Positions 1 to 10,329 of a stretch of DNA of 64,000 nt are shown here, piece by piece. Source of the stretch: an uncultured delta proteobacterium (GTDB lineage Bacteria; Desulfobacterota; Desulfomonilia; Desulfomonilales; Desulfomonilaceae); contig CAWBKB010000001.1 in the NCBI GenBank assembly GCA_963789265.1, positions 64,001-128,000 on the forward strand, given 5' to 3'. A program made the position numbers and the translations under genes. Every line of letters starts with the position of its first letter. Position 1 is the first letter of the stretch. Under the pieces are notes generated by a model. It saw nothing but the letters and a program-made list of their open reading frames with translations. It was not told where the DNA came from and ran no database searches.

Positions 1-1
1 T

Positions 2-241
2 CTGGAGCGCAAGGGTGAGGGCTGTTTTCTCATCTCGTACCGGGTTAACGACGTGGCCGGGGCCCTCGACGAAATTCAAGCCGCAGGACGTCAGACCATA
101 GATAGGGAGCCGCGCCACCTTATGGGGAACCGGTACGCGTTTATCGATCCGCCTAAGGTGTTGCACGGGGTCCTCGTAGAGATATTGGACGGGGAATTCA
201 TCAATCCCGCGTCCAGCGACGAGCCAGTGAACCGTCTCTGA
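2..241 (+). CDS. VOC/glyoxalase (methylmalonyl-CoA epimerase-like) family protein, 5' end outside window
   Basis: Open frame from nt 2: LERKGEGCFLISYRVNDV...YAFIDPPKVLHGVLVEI, a typical VOC C-terminal half. Confidence 0.75.
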   Translation: MERKGEGCFLISYRVNDVAGALDEIQAAGRQTIDREPRHLMGNRYAFIDPPKVLHGVLVEILDGEFINPASSDEPVNRL

Positions 242-557
242 ACCCTAGCACTTCTTCGAAGTGAATTTACCGGTGTCAGCAGATTGTCCTTCAGATTTTC
301 TCGCAAAAGATCCAGGCCAACTCGTCGATCGCCTTTGCCAGGCCCTGAACTGGGTTGTTGATCGAAAAACCGGAAATAAGAAAACCTGCACCATTCGGAC
401 ATAATTATAGACACTAGCTATAAAAGACCCGACAGGTGCATGAAGTGCAGAGAAATCCGCTAAGACCCATCTGTGCTACCGTGCGGAAAGAATCGTCTAA
501 AATTGCGCGACTTTTCCGGATGGATTTGATAAGAGCCTCCCATGATTTTTGGGAGGT

Positions 558-869
558 ATGGAGATGCCCCGGATCGCGCTTAGACTTTCTGCTGACGAAT
601 TGCAGGATGTCAGGAAGCTTCGAGCGATCCTCGAAAAGGCAGGGAAGCACAGCCTAGACCTGAGATTACGGGCTGTTCTGCTCGTCTCGCAAGGGACTCC
701 CATCAAGCAGACCGCAGGGATGTGCGGGGTAGGCACAACTGCCGTCAGAAGATGGTTCACCACTTGTCGGGAAAAAGGTCTATGGACGCTGATCTCCTTG
801 AAACCGTACCACGACAAAAAGCCAGGGTGGTTTCTGACAACGGGAAGCACGAACTCAATGCTCGCATGA
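558..869 (+). pseudogene. IS630-like transposase N-terminal HTH remnant
   Basis: LRLRAVLLVSQG...AGMCGVGTTAVRRWFTTCREKGL HTH pattern; no DDE domain follows. Confidence 0.55.
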
Positions 870-1254
870 GAGGTATTCCTGGAGGCAGCAGTCAGGGTCG
901 GGATGTGCGAACACTATCCATCTCAGATCCGGGACATTCTGCACGGGCTGAGATTCTTTGTCCAGTGTCCTGTGCGGCACGGTGATCGAGTGAGGCGAGA
1001 AGACCGAATCATCAAGTGATTGCGAGAATCTCTAACAAATTTTGACGGCTGCTCATGAAAAGCGTAGTCACTATTGACTTGCGAATGCGGAACCAAGTGG
1101 GGTGAGAAACAATGATCCCAGGATGAGATGAGAAACAAGGGCAATTGCCCCCGTTTTCCTGAACAATAGGCTTTCAAAAGGATCAGTATGCCGCCATATG
1201 CCGCGATATCACACCGGCTTTTGCGTAACCTATTGAATTGATTAGCTCAGGAAA

Positions 1255-1302
1255 GGCCTGTCACGCCGGAGGTCGCGAGTTCGAGTCTCGTCGCTCCCGC
1301 CA
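1255..1302 (+). tRNA. 3' half of tRNA-Asp(GTC), att-site fragment, copy 1
   Basis: ggc-ctgtcac-gccgg anticodon arm, T arm gcgag-ttcgagt-ctcgt, cgctccc-g-cca end; no acceptor 5' strand or complete D arm upstream. Confidence 0.85.
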
Positions 1303-1317
1303 TTAAAAGACCGTAAT

Positions 1318-1356
1318 ATCGGGGCGTTGACGTTAGGAGTCAGCTCCCCGATTTTT
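1318..1356 (+). terminator. Rho-independent terminator-like hairpin after tRNA fragment 1
   Basis: atcggggcgttgac...gtcagctccccgat followed by tttt. Confidence 0.6.
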
Positions 1357-1666
1357 ATGTACCGGCAAATTTGCGCCGTTTTTTTGATTTCTTTGGAAAA
1401 GGAACTTACAGGGATGATCAGGAACGTGATGAAGGTCGGAGCGCAAGTCGTGTTTTATGGTCGGCGATGCAAACTTTATGCGGTTTAAGCGTTCCTCAGG
1501 TCCCCCCGGTACTGCCAGCTGTTTTCCGGTAAGGACGGCAAGGACATTTGTTGACAGAGAGGCAGACAGTCAGGTACGCTTGAAAAACAGGCAGAATCAG
1601 GTTTTTTCAGCACCGTTAAGACGGTTTTGCCTCCGTCAGGTCTTGTGGTGGAGGACTGAATCTAAC

Positions 1667-2215
1667 ATGATAGGAGTACAATTGGATCAATTTGGCATGA
1701 GTTCTAATGCATTGAATCTGCCGAAGGTGGGTCAGATCGGGATTCTCGTGTACGATGTTGAAAAGACCAGATCGCACTACGAAAAGGTCTATAGTATTAA
1801 GCCGTGGATTGTTTTTGAAAAAAAACCTGAATTCGCCATTGAAAGAACCGGGCCCGTGGATGCAACTCTCAAGATTGCAACGGCTTATTGTGGAGGTGTG
1901 CAGTTGGAGCTGATCCAGGTGGTGAGCGGCAGGAGCTACTACAACGAAACGCTTGACGTCCGTGAAGGGCTGCATCATCTCGGCTTCATGGTGAATGACC
2001 TTGAGAAGCGGCTCGAAATATGTAGGGCCAATGGAATAGGAGTGCTTCAGCGCGGACAGATAAAACTGAAACTGGTCACCGTGGATTACGCCTACCTCGA
2101 CACAGCGACCCAGGGGGGAATCATTTTTGAACTCATCCAGACGCGCATCGGTTCCATAAAGATGAAGATGAACTGGCTCAACCACCGGATCTCAGCTTGG
2201 ACAGGGATTCAATAG
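1667..2215 (+). CDS. VOC family protein (glyoxalase_4 / epimerase-like)
   Basis: GQIGILVYDVE, VQLELIQ, EGLHHLGF and IIFELIQ motifs; start may instead be 1697. Confidence 0.85.
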   Translation: MIGVQLDQFGMSSNALNLPKVGQIGILVYDVEKTRSHYEKVYSIKPWIVFEKKPEFAIERTGPVDATLKIATAYCGGVQLELIQVVSGRSYYNETLDVREGLHHLGFMVNDLEKRLEICRANGIGVLQRGQIKLKLVTVDYAYLDTATQGGIIFELIQTRIGSIKMKMNWLNHRISAWTGIQ

Positions 2216-2264
2216 AACCCATGCTCGATTCCGACAGTATCGCGGCAAGAAAGCCTTTTTCATA

Positions 2265-2480
2265 GGAGTTCCGGGTACACCATACCTAATTTTTGTAATG
2301 ACATCCGGGAGTGTTGGTGCCCCATGTCCGAAGCCTCCGATCACTTTTGTCCCCAAATTTCTACTCTTCCCATGATCGAAGATCAGCCGATCAATCTCCC
2401 GCACGAGATCCGCATCAGTGATCGTAAGATGCACGCTCCTGACGTCCTTCTTCGAGTCGGTACCTTCTTCGATACCCACT
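2265..2480 (-). mobile_element. Composite repeat copy A: REP-like motif plus tyrosine-integrase C-terminal remnant
   Basis: ggagttccgggtacaccatacctaatttt at 2265-2294; minus-strand KKDVRSVHLTITDADLVREIDRLIFDHG homologous to 48289-48537 and about 49470-49660. Confidence 0.7.
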
Positions 2481-2571
2481 AACCCAAAAATCTACATACA
2501 ATTCTGAGGGGTTGGGATATGATATGATGTGCCTGATGATTGCACGGCACAGAAGATCACAGGAGGGAACG

Positions 2572-3069
2572 ATGCTGTCGGTGGTTTTTTTATCAGCGTC
2601 TCTTGTGGGTTTTGCCCTACACCTGGGGTTGAGCAGGCAACCTCGGACAAGAGCCAGGATCGTCGAACTTTTACTCTTGTACCTGCTCGTGATAAACATC
2701 GGCCTCGGCGGTCTCCTGGCTTGGTTCGGACACACATTCACGGGAGATGAAATCGCTCGCGAGATAGGTTGGCAGCCGGGAAGTCCATTTCAATTCGAAG
2801 TAGCTGTAGCAGACCTTAGCTGGGGCGTATGCGGAGTGCTTTGTATTTGGCTAAGACAGCACTTTTGGACGGCCACGGGTATCGGAAGCTCTGTTTTTCT
2901 TTTGGGATGCGCTTTTGGCCACATCAGACAGATAATCCAAGAGGGGAATATGGCGATCTACAATGCAGGGCCTGTGCTATGGATCGGTGATCCGGGCGTT
3001 CCCATTACCATCTTGATTTTGCTCGTAATGCGGTCCCGACTTCAGAAAAGAGCCAGCCTAATTTCGTAG
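2572..3069 (+). CDS. Membrane protein, DUF6790-like
   Basis: RBS aggagg; several TM segments; IGWQPGSPFQFEVAVA and GHIRQ...GN...NAG motifs. Confidence 0.7.
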   Translation: MLSVVFLSASLVGFALHLGLSRQPRTRARIVELLLLYLLVINIGLGGLLAWFGHTFTGDEIAREIGWQPGSPFQFEVAVADLSWGVCGVLCIWLRQHFWTATGIGSSVFLLGCAFGHIRQIIQEGNMAIYNAGPVLWIGDPGVPITILILLVMRSRLQKRASLIS

Positions 3070-3179
3070 ACAAGGGTCCTCCTCTTGACCTTGAGATGGT
3101 CTATCCCTCAAGGATTACCCTCTTGGACCCTTAAATACGAGCGGTTCGGCTTGGTTTATAAGCCGAAAAGGTGCAGAAC

Positions 3180-4097
3180 ATGGCAGCATTGAAATCGGCG
3201 TGGCTTGCGTGCATCCTCGCCCTGGCTCTGCTCGCGGGCTGGGGTGGGAACAACGGCGCCCTCTCCAGCGCGGAACTGGCCGACAAGCAGGCGACGCAAC
3301 CGCCGGCGAAACCAGCGGCCTTCTTTATCGGTCTGGAAAAGGCTCGGCAGATCGAGAAAGAGAATTCTCTTCCGCTTTCCAGGTTCTACGACACACCCGA
3401 TCTTCCCAAGGGAAAACCAGGTGACTTGATCCGCACCGAGGAGTGTTCGGACTATCGGTTCCCGGCTGAGCTGGCACTCGAGCCCAGTGAGATTGGGATA
3501 AAGGTCGTGCGGTTTCTTTACCTCTCGAAGTGTGCGACTGGGCAGCAGGTGCCCGCGTCGGGTGTGATTGTCATTCCCTACGGGGAACCACCTCCGGGCG
3601 GCTGGCTGGTCACCCTCGCCACCTTCGCGGAGAAAATCCCGGCCGGCAGGGTGCTGAAGCCCGATTGGGCCAACAATCGACATTTCCAGAAGTTTCGCGA
3701 GCTCAGCGTGCTGGGTGAAAGACCCACTCACGGGCCGATCTTGTTGCTCCAGGGCGAGGCGGACCAGTCCATCCCGCCCCGCCCCACGGATGCTCTCTAC
3801 GAGCGAATGAAGCGACAGAAATCGCAGGTCGAGTACCGGAAGTACCCTGGCCTCGACCATGTTCCCCTGGTGTTTGGCTCCTTCCGCGACCAAGTCCGCT
3901 GGGTGCAGGACCGATTCGCCGCTAGGCCGGTGTCCAACAACGCTGTCACCCCCCATGGCATTGCGTTTGCGGCACTGATCAGGAACACGGGGTCTCAGCA
4001 CACGACGCAGTTCAAATTTGGCGGCCTTATCATTCCAAATTTGGCGGCCTGTTCCAAACTGAGTGAGAACCGGGACCTGAGAGGAGAAGGCAAATGA
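3180..4097 (+). pseudogene. Secreted lipase-family alpha/beta hydrolase with in-frame internal deletion
   Basis: Signal peptide, FYDTP...PGDLIR, SGVIVIP.GEPP.GGW, then jumps to LLLQGEAD...YPGLDH; no GxSxG nucleophile; tail after about 3940 looks like read-through. Confidence 0.6.
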
Positions 4098-5119
4098 AAG
4101 AATTGGGTGTGGGAATCATAGGAACTGGCTGGGTCTCTGATGAATACGTCCGCTCTTTTCAGATGAACCCTCATACAAGGGTAATGGCTATTTGCAGCCG
4201 GGACAAAGAGGAGGCTAAAGCCAAGGCGGTCCAGCACGATCTGGTAAATTGCGCTCCTGTCACCACGCCAGAGGAAATGATGAAACTTCCCGGTCTTGAT
4301 ATCGTCTGCATCAACACCCCGAACTTTCTTCACGCCGAACAAACAATCATGGCCGCCGAACACGGAAAGCACATTGTCGTTGAGAAGCCCATAGCCATAG
4401 ACTGGCAGGATATGAAACTCATGAAAGACGCAGTTGACAAAGCAGGGGTCGTAACCATCGTAGGATTCGTCTTGCGATGGAATCCTCTCTTCATGACAAT
4501 TAAGCAGATGCTAAGCGATGGCGTGCTCGGCAAGGTGAACTATGCCGAAGTGGACTACCTGCATGCGATCACCCCGGCTTATAAGTGCTATCCGTGGTCA
4601 GTAAAGAAGGAGACAGGAGGGTCGATTCTGCAAGTTGGGGGCTGCCACGCAGTGGACGGCCTTCGTTGGTTCGTGAACGATGAGGCTACAGAGGTCCTCG
4701 CCGTCTCAGGTAGGTTCCGATCAGATTTTGAACAGGACACGACGATTACTCTGTTGGTGAGATTCAGAAGCGGTTCGATTGGAAAGGTGTGCTGTTCATA
4801 TGATGTGGCGTGTCCGTACATTTACAATGTCGAACTCTTTGGGAGCAAGGGAACAGTGATCAATAACCGGGTATGGGCTCAGCAGAGCTTTCCGGGACAG
4901 GAAGACTGGATTACAATCCCGACCACAACACCGGATTCAGGAGACGTAGCGCACCATCCTTTCCCCAATCAGGTCGACCATTTCGTGGACTGCATTCTTG
5001 GTCAACGGAAGACCATTGTGGATCTGGACGATGCCACCAAAACCTTCGAGATCATCGAAGCCGCCGACCGGAGCGCCGTCTCCGGAGGACAGCCGGTGAA
5101 GCTCCCCCTGGGTTGGTGA
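4094..5119 (+). CDS. Gfo/Idh/MocA family oxidoreductase
   Basis: GIIGTGW Rossmann motif, TPNFLH, VEKP, GGCHAVD. Confidence 0.92.
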   Translation: MKELGVGIIGTGWVSDEYVRSFQMNPHTRVMAICSRDKEEAKAKAVQHDLVNCAPVTTPEEMMKLPGLDIVCINTPNFLHAEQTIMAAEHGKHIVVEKPIAIDWQDMKLMKDAVDKAGVVTIVGFVLRWNPLFMTIKQMLSDGVLGKVNYAEVDYLHAITPAYKCYPWSVKKETGGSILQVGGCHAVDGLRWFVNDEATEVLAVSGRFRSDFEQDTTITLLVRFRSGSIGKVCCSYDVACPYIYNVELFGSKGTVINNRVWAQQSFPGQEDWITIPTTTPDSGDVAHHPFPNQVDHFVDCILGQRKTIVDLDDATKTFEIIEAADRSAVSGGQPVKLPLGW

Positions 5120-5508
5120 AAACCAACTAACCCCTTGCCTTAAAGCGCCCATGTGAGGAGCCAAGTCGTAAGGTAAAGCCGGAAACTCTGGCCACATGAA
5201 AATTGAGTCTTTGACCGTGGACCAAATCTCAATTTCAAGACAGGTCACACAGAAAATGGATCTGACTCTGCAAGAATATTGAGCAAATCCATGCTCATAA
5301 AGACATGATGCTCCTGTTTTGACTGTCCTGCATTTTGCGGTCGATGATTTCTCCCGTGGCTACAATCAAGACTACTGCAGAAAACTAAATGATTACTGTG
5401 GGCATTTCTCCTAAATCCGGCATTATGCAGGGCAGTGTAGTGTAGTTTTGGTCTGCTGCGGCAAAACGGTCTGATGTCACCGTAGACCGTGGAAGTGATC
5501 AAAATCCC

Positions 5509-5531
5509 AGGGCTCCCAAAGGGCTCCCAAA
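5509..5531. repeat. 11-bp tandem repeat agggctcccaa x2 (possible integrase arm site)
   Basis: Near-identical tandem at 44434-44455; both lie next to tRNA-Asp fragments. Confidence 0.55.
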
Positions 5532-5620
5532 GTACATAATGTGGCGTTATTTAAGCTTGTAGCTAACGTGAATTGACGTGTGATATCAGCTAATGCTGGA
5601 CATTATTGCCTGGACCTTCC

Positions 5621-5667
5621 GCCTGTCACGCCGGAGGTCGCGAGTTCGAGTCTCGTCGCTGCCGCCA
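5621..5667 (+). tRNA. 3' half of tRNA-Asp(GTC), att-site fragment, copy 2
   Basis: gcctgtcacgccggaggtcgcgagttcgagtctcgtcgctgccgcca; 1 mismatch to copy 1. Confidence 0.85.
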
Positions 5668-5680
5668 CAACACGCCAAAA

Positions 5681-5741
5681 AACACAGGAGATTTCAGGCC
5701 AGGTAATTTCCTGGTGTTAAGGGCAAAATCATTTTGCCCTT
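5681..5741. terminator. Hairpin plus perfect palindrome after tRNA fragment 2
   Basis: aacacaggagatt...aatttcctggtgtt, then aagggcaaaat-c-attttgccctt. Confidence 0.5.
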
Positions 5742-6599
5742 GTTGCAATTTTCAATGGGTTAATTTGAGCGATCCTTGAGGGCTTCCCCCTCCCAAGGAT
5801 TTCTATTTTGTGGGTGGGAATCCATATCGCTGTCTCCTATAATGGAAGGAAGTCAGATCGATCGCTAGCGGTTCCCAGTCCTTGGATGCAAACGATTAAT
5901 ACCATCTACATGGGATATGCTGCTCGGTGCCGAAGGGTGGCATGGAATACGCCAGTTGCTCGAGAGTAGGGCAGCCCATGCCACGCGGTGCAATTCCGAA
6001 TAATTGGCCAACGGGAAACAAAACCTTTCGACGCCGTCTCTCGGACGATGCACTCAAAGATGCATACGAGAAACTGAGGGCCCGGCCATGGGGCGTAGGG
6101 AGACGAAAATTCTCTTTGATTTCGTATCCCGAGCCTTGCGCCGCCCTGGACCATCTTTAAAGAATATCATGGAATGCCGCAGGGGCGTCACCAGAAACAA
6201 GACTGACTTCAATCCTTGGTTCAGGTGTCTTTCACTTGTCGTGAATAGTGAACTGTTGGTTCTGAGGCGCAAGTCGGATCCCACCGTTAACCTGAGACCC
6301 GAGGATAGGAACAATAACCGGTGGTTTAAGATAGAAACCGATCACATTTCCATTGCCATTCCTCAGTCTGGAGGGCAAAATTCAGGCCTTTTCGCGAGGG
6401 CACTTTCAGAAGTGCCGGGGAAAAGCCATTCATTCCCGCGCAGCATAATGACACCCGTTAAGATAAGGACGACGCTAAAAATGCCATCATTGCGACAACG
6501 CACAAGCGGATAGAAGAGAAGTCTTTGAAGGACATGTCATTCTGGTTGAGACTTAAGGATTTATCACGTTAGGTCGTCTCTTGGCTGAAAGTTCCCATT

Positions 6600-8606
6600 C
6601 TAAATGATTAGAGCCATATCAAAGCCCACTCTAACCGCGGTCGAAATTTTTCCTATTTCTTTGGCATCTCCTATCACCACAACATTGGTCCGGTCTGAGT
6701 TCACGGATCTCGCAAGATCATTCACTGGTACAGTGCCTGTAGCAACAATGACCGTATCAGCCGGAATCGATTCCGTTCCGGTATCAGTTTCTATGCGCAC
6801 ACATTTCTTGGCAATTTCGATGATTCTCGTCCTCGTTCGAATGCGCACCCCCGTGAGCTCGAGATTCTTAAGGAGTGACCAGCGAGTGCTTATACCAACA
6901 TTTGTTGCCGGGCGTTCGGTAATTTCGATGACCGTTATCTGTCGTCCACCCTCGTAAAGCAGTGCACGGAGTTGCTCTATGTTGTCAGCGGAATGGTACG
7001 CTAAGAAGGTAAACGCCTCTGCGGTCAACACGCCGAGATTGGCCACCAATAACGCCGTTTCACAGCCTGTAGCTCCACCGCCTATTATCACTACTCGCTT
7101 TCCGATATCAGACACGGTGCCGCAGAGCACATCCCAGGCATTTATGACATCAGAGCTATCCATTCCCGGAATATCCAATTTCGCCGGCTTGGCTCCGGTG
7201 GCAACAATCAGAACGTCCGGCCGCTCGGATTCGATTATTTCCGGGGTCAGCGACGTATTAAGCTTTATTTTGACGCTCGACGATGCCAAACGATTCTCAA
7301 GGCTAGTCACAGCTTCCAGATACAAGCCTTTTCCAGGCAGAGGACCGATTAGGTTTATCTGCCCTCCCAATTTGTTATCGTTTTCGTACAAAGTAATATC
7401 ATGGCCTCTTCTGCTGGCGATAAGGGCAAACTCCATACCTGCAGGGCCTCCACCGGCTACGAAAATCCGCTTTCTTACATCGGTTTCTCGGATTTCCGTC
7501 TCCGCTTCACGACCTACGCGAGGATTTAGAGTGCAGCACACGGCTGAGCCAGTAAAGATTGCATCGATACATCCCTGATTGCAGCCTATACAGGGCACTC
7601 TCTCTTGTTGTCGGCCGGTTCTAACCTTTATAGGAAGATTAGGGTCGGCGATGAGAGGTCTCCCCCAGCAGATCATATCCGCGGCTCCAGAGCGCAAGGC
7701 CCTTTCCGCCACCATGGGGTCCCCCAAACGATTTGAGGCAAAAACGGGGACCCCGACTTTCTCCTTTATTGCACGAGACAGGTACAGGTAGGCACCTGGC
7801 GGAACTTCACTGGTCACTTGCGGAACCTTTGTCTCATGCCATCCACCGGTAACATTGATGCCGTTGACTCCCGCCTTTTCGGCCTCTATGCAAAAGAGGG
7901 AAGACTCGGCAAGCGTATTTCCACCGTTGACGAAATCCTGTCCCGAGACCCTGATCCCCATAGGAAAGTCCTCTCCCAGGGCAATTCTCACTCGTTCTAT
8001 TACTTCAAGCCCGAAGCGCATTCTTTTCTCGATGGACCCTCCATATTCATCTGTTCTATGGTTGGTCACCGGAGACAGAAATTCTCCAATAAGATAGCTG
8101 CCGCCTGCCAAGACTTCGACATAATCAAATCCTGCCGCCTTGGCGCGCAATGCCGCCTTCACATAGGCTTCCTGGACCTCGGCTATATCGTCTTTTGTCA
8201 TCGCGCGAGGCAATTCTCCACTTAGCGGATTGGCTATGGCGGATGGGGCAATTGGCTTCATTCCAGTTATCTTTTCAGAAGCGTTGCGACCCTGCTGCAT
8301 GAGCTGTATACCGATTTTGGCTTCGGCGGTGTCATGAAGCTCATTAATGTATTCGAGAAACGGGCCTACAAAGGAGTCGTCAAAAAGACCGAGTATAAGG
8401 GGAGAGCTACCGATCCTGTCAATGGCCACGGGACCGATTGTCATGAGGCCGACTCCCCCCTTTGCTCTTTCTCGGTAGAAGGCCTTATAACGATCCGTTA
8501 GGCTGTAATCGTGAGTATAGAAGAGTGCCATGGCCGGCATGACTATTCTGTTTCTTAACGAAAGCCGATTGATATCAATCGGCTCAAAGAGCTTTACAAA
8601 TTCCAT
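6600..8606 (-). CDS. NADH:flavin oxidoreductase, 2,4-dienoyl-CoA/enoate reductase (FadH-like; FMN barrel + 4Fe-4S + FAD domain)
   Basis: LRNRIVMPAM, YLIGEFLSP..NHRTDEYGG, CIGCNQGC...C, GGGPAG, IIGGGATGCE. Confidence 0.9.
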   Translation of the reverse strand: MEFVKLFEPIDINRLSLRNRIVMPAMALFYTHDYSLTDRYKAFYRERAKGGVGLMTIGPVAIDRIGSSPLILGLFDDSFVGPFLEYINELHDTAEAKIGIQLMQQGRNASEKITGMKPIAPSAIANPLSGELPRAMTKDDIAEVQEAYVKAALRAKAAGFDYVEVLAGGSYLIGEFLSPVTNHRTDEYGGSIEKRMRFGLEVIERVRIALGEDFPMGIRVSGQDFVNGGNTLAESSLFCIEAEKAGVNGINVTGGWHETKVPQVTSEVPPGAYLYLSRAIKEKVGVPVFASNRLGDPMVAERALRSGAADMICWGRPLIADPNLPIKVRTGRQQERVPCIGCNQGCIDAIFTGSAVCCTLNPRVGREAETEIRETDVRKRIFVAGGGPAGMEFALIASRRGHDITLYENDNKLGGQINLIGPLPGKGLYLEAVTSLENRLASSSVKIKLNTSLTPEIIESERPDVLIVATGAKPAKLDIPGMDSSDVINAWDVLCGTVSDIGKRVVIIGGGATGCETALLVANLGVLTAEAFTFLAYHSADNIEQLRALLYEGGRQITVIEITERPATNVGISTRWSLLKNLELTGVRIRTRTRIIEIAKKCVRIETDTGTESIPADTVIVATGTVPVNDLARSVNSDRTNVVVIGDAKEIGKISTAVRVGFDMALII

Positions 8607-8644
8607 AGTAGCAGACCTTGTGTTGGGAGCTGTTGCCTGGATCA

Positions 8645-8662
8645 TGACTGAGCCGCCAGTCA
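8645..8662. promoter_or_regulatory. Predicted TetR operator TGACTG-N6-CAGTCA (site 1)
   Basis: tgactg-agccgc-cagtca about 40 nt upstream of the fadH-like start; same arms at 10207-10224. Confidence 0.7.
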
Positions 8663-8919
8663 TCTCGCTTAGCACATGTCAAGGTTGCCGGTCAAGCGTT
8701 TCTTCGAATGGCGTCCACCGAGACCGTAGGGACATAGCTGAGCCGATATCCTATTTTTCCAGCTTATTGCCCGGATTTTGGTTGCACTTCGTCCTCTTTT
8801 TTATTTACGTCGCCGTTTTCGGCTTGCCTTCACAAGTAAAGAGAATTAGATTGTTCGTGTAATCAATTCTGACTTTCAGGTCACCTCATGGAAATTTTGA
8901 CCAAAAAGGGGATCTTCTC

Positions 8920-9952
8920 GTGACAGAACTAAGGCAAATGCTCGATAAAGGGCTCCTAACGCGCGACGACGCGTCCGACCCGGAAGTCGGTGCCGGGCAG
9001 AATGAACGACCGGTGGAAACGGAGGTCTCGGACTTACAGCAGGCCAAGAGGCTGCAAATTATAGACAAATCAATTGCTTTGTTTTCCCAATTCGGTTACG
9101 ACGCCGTCAAAGTAAGTGATATCACTTCCGCGTCTTCAGATGGGCAAGGGCACCTTTTATCTCTATTTCAAGAATAAAAGAGAACTTCTGCTTGCCTGCT
9201 TCGACCGGCTATATTGGCTCTTGGTCCCTCTGGAAATGTGGGATGTGATTCGGAATGAAACGGACATCTTCCTCAAGTTGCGCCACAGGTGGGTGGGGGG
9301 GAATGAGAAGTATTCCACATTCGCGGGAGTGCTGAGCCTCATTAGGACTTCGTGTTTTTGGGACGAAGGGGAGGTGAAGGAAAATGCGAGAAAGGCCTAC
9401 GATGTAATTATTGCGCCCATCAGGAAAGATGTGGAAGAAGCAATCGCCAACGGCATAATCCGGCCTATGGATGCACAACTGGCTTCTCACGCGGTTCTCG
9501 GAATTATGGAAGGCGTCTCTTTTTTATTGAGCCTGGACCCGAGATTCTCTAATGAAGAAGGAGCGGATTTTATCTACACCTTTGTGAGATCCGCCTTAAG
9601 TGAAAATAAATCGGCCGAAGTTGTGCAGAAAGCTGGGCAGGATTTGCGTGCAACGATAACAGACGTGAATGGTGTGGTCATCGAGTTGACCGACGTCTGC
9701 TTCAACGGGTCACCTTACCTGGCCGGAAGATTAGGTGATGCTGAAATAAGTGTAGACCTGTGGCGACTTTCAAGTATCAGGCCGGGGATTGCAGATTCAA
9801 AGAAGATCGCCCTACTCACTGCGAATAATGGACAGGAGACGTCGCTCGAAATCGATGACAACATCTTGATTACTGGTGATACACCTTTTGGCGGCCTGCA
9901 AATTCCCTTCGAGAGAGTCCTTCAAATATCTTTCCAAGCGCAACAACCTTGA
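8920..9952 (+). CDS. TetR/AcrR family regulator with extra C-terminal domain (frameshift near 9130)
   Basis: IIDKSIALFSQFGYDAVKVSDIT joined to MGKGTFYLYFKNKRELL in the next frame. Confidence 0.85.
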
Positions 9953-10167
9953 TTCATACCTGGAAACCACTATAGGCCGGCTTTCTCTATCCTCTGCAAT
10001 GTGTGTGTAGGGTTGGGCTGACCGGCCATTCAGTGTTGTCTGGCCCAGTTTTCCAACTTCAGAATTGTGCCCCATCCCAGCTTGATCATCAGACCTAGCG
10101 ATATCTTCTGTAATTGCTGGGCATTATCACTCAAGGAAAACTTTTATAGTGATCGCCCAAAAAGTTC

Positions 10168-10224
10168 TTGACAGGGTAGCTCAACGCCAGCTAATGTATC
10201 GGAACCTGACTGGGACGTCAGTCA
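10168..10224 (+). promoter_or_regulatory. sigma70-like promoter plus TetR operator (site 2)
   Basis: ttgaca at 10168, taatgt at 10192, tgactg-ggacgt-cagtca at 10207-10224. Confidence 0.65.
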
Positions 10225-10329
10225 CCACAATGCTCTGCGATAGGCTCTGTCCGATGGTGCTCGATCCTACCATTCTTACGCTGTTTTCCCCTTTTGAGGC
10301 CGGTTCTTTCGTCGCGGGAAGGAGGAACG

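Noticed and set aside
1241..1302. Complete functional tRNA-Asp gene
   Set aside because: The upstream tagctcag resembles a D-arm start, but there is no 5' acceptor strand (gggagcg) and the spacing is too short. All three copies are fragments.
1500..1640. IS1380-like right end similar to 44735-44800
   Set aside because: Only a short gtacgct…aaacagg match, too weak to call.
5865..6513. Short ORFs between tRNA fragment 2 and the fadH-like gene
   Set aside because: No motifs or RBS support; probably decayed sequence.
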